A DNA stretch of 64,000 nucleotides from Ilumatobacteraceae bacterium (GTDB taxonomy: Bacteria > Actinomycetota > Acidimicrobiia > Acidimicrobiales > Ilumatobacteraceae): contig JAYVFI010000002.1 of assembly GCA_043773365.1 (NCBI GenBank), positions 89,815 through 153,814 of the forward strand. Reading direction: 5' to 3'. The position numbers and the translations under genes are program-made. Numbering within the stretch: the first letter of the stretch is position 1; each line of letters starts with the position of its first letter. The notes under the pieces were generated by a model. That model made no database searches and was not told the DNA's origin. It saw nothing but the letters and a program-made list of their open reading frames with translations. Below, piece by piece: positions 56,801-62,800 of this stretch.

Positions 56801-59800
56801 TTGGTCAACAGGGTGGCGCCACGAGTGACGCAGATCGGAGAGGATCAGAACGGCAATCCGATTTGGGCGCCAGAGACCGACGCCGACACCGGTCTGCTGC
56901 TCTACAACGTCTACACCAGCCTCGAAGGAATCGGCTTGCTGCCGGGCACCGGCCGCGACGGGGTCAACTACTTCGGCGTCGAACTCTTCGGTTTGGAGCG
57001 GATGGACCTTCGGCTCGCTGACGGCGACGACCACTTGACGGTGGCGCTCAACCAGTACCGCGGCGTCAACAGCGTCGACCAGATCCTGCGTTCGACGCAG
57101 GTGCCGGCGAGCGCTCCGCCGCTCGAGAACATGCAGATCCAGATCGTCGCCGGGGCCGGCAACGACATCATCGATTTGCTGCACTACCGCGGCCGGGTCG
57201 TGGTGCTCGGCGGCGCCGGCAACGACACCGTCAACGTCGGTGACCGCAACCTGCTGAACGGTGTGCTCGGCACGCTGGTGTACGACGGCGACGCACATAT
57301 CCGCGAGATCCAGCGCCAGGCCCAAGCGTCCGACTTCCCGGCGACCATCCTCAACAACCTCCCGAGCGTCTTCATCGGCACGACCGGCAACCGAACCGTG
57401 ATCGACCGCAGCGGCAACCTGTTCCTGTATGCCGACCCGGTGCTCGCCTCGATCGTGTTCAGCGGGGCCGGCGGCCTGTTCGTGCGCGGCGTGGTCCAGC
57501 ACAACGCCGCGATCCAGGAGGTCGGCGTTCACGAGCGGGGCGTCCAGAAGACCGACAACGCCACGCCGCTGTGGCTCGCTCGCAACGGCAACGAGACGAT
57601 CGACGCCACCCAGACGGGCATCCCGATCATCGTGCGAGTCGCTGGGCCCGCGGGCCAGCTCGTCTACCTCGACGCCAACGGCGCACGGGTGTTCACGAAT
57701 ACCGGTGTCGCCTCGATCGTCGACCCGCTCGGCGGCGAGACCGGACAGTTGGTGTACCGCGACGCGCTCGGCCGAAAGACCTTGAGCGTGACTGCCAAGC
57801 CGTCGTACCGGATCCTGCGCGGCGACCTCGTCGAGGACCTCGTGCAGCTCGAAGGCACCCCGGAGTCGGGCGTTCAGGAGTACGGCATCCAGAAGACGAT
57901 CGGCCCTGACCTGGTGTGGGTCGGGCTCGACGGCGCCGACACGCTGATCAGGAGCGAGACCCAGATCCCCGTGATCCTGACCGTGAACAAGGGCACGGCG
58001 GGGGCGGCGAGGGTGTATCTGAACGCCGACGGGTTGAAGGTGTTCGGCATCACCGCAATCCCGTCGATCGTCGCCACCAACGGCGTCGATGCGGCGACGG
58101 CGGTCTACGTCGACGTCGCAGGCAATCGCTACCTGTCGGCCGGGTCTGGCCGCAAGCCCGCCTTCCGGACCGATTTCGTCGGCGGCAGCCCGCTCTACAT
58201 CGACCAGAACGGTCTGTTCACGAACGTCGTCGACGCACTGGTGACCACCGGTGGTCCCGCCGGCGCCGACCTCGTCGTCTACCTCAAGGCCGGCACCTGC
58301 GGTGCGCTCACATTGAGTGCTCCGGGCGTGACGTTTGCCACGGCGACCGCCGTCGCGATCGTCGGCGACGAGAACTTCGTCGGCACGAAGTGCGGGTTTA
58401 CCGTCAGTGGAGCGGTGTCCCGCCTCACCGTGTCCGGCACGGCGGGAACTCAGCTCGATGCGGTCGGAGTCGTCGCCGGCAACCGGGGTGCCGAGGGCGT
58501 CGCCTTCCCGTCTATCGTCTTCGTCAATGCGGCCGCCGCAAACGCCAATCGGATGAGGGCGCTGGGTGTGCCCGACAACATCGCCTACGACCTCGGCGGC
58601 GGCTCGGTCACGCTCCAGACGATGGCGCCTGCGCTGGTGCCGGTCAACCGAAGCGCCCCCGTTCCGTTCATGCGCACGTTCGACGTTTACGAGTTCTTCA
58701 CCGGCGTCGATCATCTCAACGTGCTCGGCGGAGCGACCAACAGCGTGGTCAACGGCACGCTCGATCTCACCCAGGTCGCCGCCCCGGCGCTGCTGCCGGT
58801 CACCGATGGCCTCGATCTGCAGCACTACGACGGCACTCGGAGCGAGCGCTTCACGGTGGCCGGCGGCCAGGTAGTTACCGGCGCAGACGTCGCCGACCTC
58901 GGCCACGTCACGATCATCCGACTCGACAACAACACGGTCGTATCCGGATTCGGTCTCAGCGGCAATCGGACGATCACTGGGCTCTCGGCGCTCATCGGCG
59001 TGCAGATTCTCGTCGTCTACGCCACGGCGAAGCAGACCTATCTCGGTGGCGAGCAGGTCTACCGGGTGGTGTTCTTCGTGAACGATCAGGGCCAGCAGGA
59101 TGCCCGACTCGAGGCCGTGAAGCACCTCGGCGGCGAACTGGTCTTCGACGTGATCACCGGCAACCCGGTATACGGATGGGACGGCAATCAGCTCACCCAC
59201 GCCGTCGGTGATCCGGTGCTGCACTTCCGTGGCGAGCCGGTGGTCCACTCTGCAGCCGAGATCCGCCGCTACCTCGGCGGCCATCTCGACAGCAACACGC
59301 TCGACCCGACCGGTGAGCCGATCATCGACGAGAGCGGCGCTGTCGTCGTCAACGGCGACGGATCGATCTTCGTGGCGGCGGCGGGCCAGGGTCAGATCCA
59401 CAACCGCCGCGACTTGGCGTTCGACGCCGTGCTCTACCGCACCGCCACGGAGGTCACCGCGACGGGCCTCGTGATCCAGCTCGGCAACTTCTACCGGTCG
59501 CAGCCGGCAGGCGTTGCAGTGCCGCTGTTCGTCTGGCTGCCCGTTGGCGGACTCGTGACCCAGTACGCATTCGACGCCGACGACGCCGTCGTCTCGGTAG
59601 TCGCCCGCAGCCGGTACGGCTCGTTCGTGGTGCGCGCCGGCGACGTGACGGTCGAGATGGCGAGCGGGAGGATGACGGGCCGCATCACGGTGACCCTGAC
59701 CGGCAGCTACACGATCGGCCAGCGCACGTTCACGGCTGCCCAGATCGGACCTGTCTGGCTCGAGATCTCGATCAAGATCCAGGCGTTCCAGCAGACCGGC

Positions 59801-62800
59801 GATCAGCAGCGCTGGTTCGGCGACGAGCCGGTCGCCAACGGTCAGCCGGTCGTCGACCCCAGTGGCAACCTCGTCGTCGCAGAGAACGCCAGCAATGTCG
59901 CGATCGCCGTGCTGTGGACGAACAGCCCGAGCGATCCGGGCATCGCCGCCGGCACTCGCCGCTACATCCTCAACAGCCTCGGCCAGCAGATCTTCCACCG
60001 CCGTGGCGAGCCGAAGTACGTCGCCGATGCGACTGCCGAGCTCGGATGGAAACTGCTGGTGTTCGCCGGCGGCGAGGACAAGCTGCTGCTTGGCAACGAG
60101 CCACGCCGTTGGTTCGGTGGCGAGCAGACCTTCCATGCCGCCGCCGACGTCGTCAACAGCGGTCAGAACTTCTACCGGCTCGACCTGGTGGGCGCCCTCG
60201 GCTCACCGATCCTGTTCCGCAACCTCGACGACGTGGTGGTCGTGACCGGCAAGGGCGACGACACGTTCGAGGTGCGGGCCACGCACGCCGGCGAGACCGT
60301 GGTCGACACTGGAGCAGGCAATGACCGCATCGACGTGTTCTCGACCAGCGGCAACACCACGATTCTGGCCGGCCTCGGAACCGGCGACATCGTGCGGGTC
60401 GGCGGGCTGCCGGCGGGCTACTCCGGCCCGACCGGCGCAACACCGGTTCAGCACGTGCTCGACACGCGAGGAGTTCTGATCATCACCGGCGCCGAGACCC
60501 TGATCGGCGACGATCGGGCCGACACCGACGGAGATGTCGCCGTCGTGTCCGATACCTCGATCACCGGCCTCGACATGGGTCCGGAGAGTGAGATCCAACG
60601 AGTTCGGATCGCCGCTGATGCCGGTACGTTCACGCTCACCTTCAACGGCACCGGCGCGTGCCCAGCCGGTGGCACCTGCACGACGGCGCCGATCGCCCTC
60701 ACCACGTTTACCGATGGGGCGCGCGGTCAACTGCCCACCGCCGACCTCGTGCGCCAGCGGCTCGAAGCGCTCTCGACCATTGGCGTCGGCAACGTCGACG
60801 TGACCCTCGACATCGAGACCTACACGATCCGTCTGATCAACGATCTCGCCGGTGTCAACTGGGGTCTGATAACGGTCGGGGCGACCGCCCTGACTCGCCT
60901 CGGCGACCCGAATCTGGTGGCCGTCAGTTCGAGCACGCTGCAGGACGGCGCCGACCCGGCGGCGCCATTCGGCTGGAACGAGCATCAGATCATCTCGGTG
61001 CTCGCCGCCTTCCGGCTCTGGTTCCGTGGCTCCACGACGAGTGCTCTCGCACCGAACTCGTCCGCGGCAGTTGTCGAAGCGGCTCTCCTCTCGCTGGGCC
61101 AGTTCGACCTCGGTGACGTCAGCGTCACCAAGCTCGGCAACGGTCTGTTCGGCATCGACTTCCGTGGTCAATACGCAGGCCTGCAGGTCGAGCGACTCAC
61201 GGTGCTCGATGACCTGAATGCCGTCGTCACGACCCGCATCGACGGCATCGAATACCGCGACGTCAAGTCGCTAACGCTCGACACTGGCAGCGGCCCCGAT
61301 TTCGTCATCCTCACCGGCACGAGCCCGGTCACCACCAACGCCACGGTGCGTACCCTGGCGGGTGACGACACCGTGATCATCGAAACGGTCGACGCCGCCA
61401 CGCAGCTCACGGTGGAGACGGGAACCGGACTCGACACCGTGCTCGTGCGTGGGACCGATTCCACCCTGAACGCGATCGACGGCGACGTGAGGATCGACGC
61501 AGGCAGCCCTGGCTACGTCATCGGTTCGGCCCAACGCGATCTCCTGTACGTGTTCGACGCCGGCGAGACGCTCGACAACACCGGCCAACTCGACGCCGAC
61601 TCGGTCACCGGCTTCGACATGGCGGTCGGGATCACCTACACCTCGTTCGAGCACCTCGCTCTTTTCCTTGGCCGGCGCGACGACACGTTGCTCGTCACCG
61701 GCACCCACGAGGGCTCCACGTTCGTCAACGGCGGCCCACGTCTCGACCGCATCGACGTCGAAGCAACGATGGGGGAGACCCGCATCGAGGGTGACGGCGG
61801 CGGCGACTTCATCAATGTCAACCTGCGCCCGACCCAGCCCGCGGGCGGCGACCAGATCGGCAACACCGCAAACGACAACACGTCAGGCGACGACACGCTC
61901 GATCTCGACGGCGGCGCGGGCAGCGACACCTACGTGATCCGGATGGCAGGTGTCGGCTCGTCGCTGATCAACGTGTTCGACTCCGGCGCGGCGGACGACG
62001 GCGACGACACGCTCACCATCAACGGCACGCCGAACCCCGACCTGTTCCTTATGCGGGCCAGCAAGACCGGAGCGCGCACGGCATTTGTCGCCCTGTTGAA
62101 CGGCGTCGCCCCGTATGTGCTGTACGAGCGGGTCAACTACGACGAGAACATCGACGGCGGTCTCACCGTCAACGGTCTCGAGGGCGACGACCGGTTCATG
62201 GTCGACGACAACGCCGCCCGCACCACCCTCAACGGCGGCACCGGCGACGACGAGTTCCAGTTCGCGCAGGTGTACGAGACCCGCCGCAACGGTGGCGCAG
62301 GGGTGACGAACAATGACGTGTTCGCCACCATCGAGACGACCCGCGGCTTCCTCTCCAACGGAGTCACCTTCGACACCACGGCCAACGGCGGCACTGGCGA
62401 AGACATGTTCCGTGTCTTCCACAACCTGGCGACGTTGAACCTCAACGGTGGCTTCGGTGACGACACCTTCATCGTCAAGGCGTTCGCACTGGTCGGTTCG
62501 CAGGACAACCTGCGAGAGCGTGACTCGGTCGATATCAGCGGCGACGAGGGCGCCGACCTGATCCAGTACGCCGTCAACGCCCCGGTCAACATCAACGGCG
62601 GCGAGGGCTTCGACACGGTGATCATCATCGGCACCGAGTTCGGTGACGACTTCGTGATCACGGCGTTCGGTGTGTTCGGGGCAGGCCTCAACGTCTCGTA
62701 CGTGGCAGTCGAGAAGCTGACCATCGACGGCGCCGAGGGCGACGACCGGTTCTACGTGCTCGGAACCTCACCCACAGTCGTCACCGAGCTGCTCGGCGGG

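Noticed and set aside
53684-60136. 2,150-aa minus-strand ORF, the longest in the track
   Set aside because: It is the exact in-register antisense of the giant gene. It stays open because sense TTA/CTA/TCA codons are rare; the translation has no motifs, whereas the + strand gives RTX repeats.
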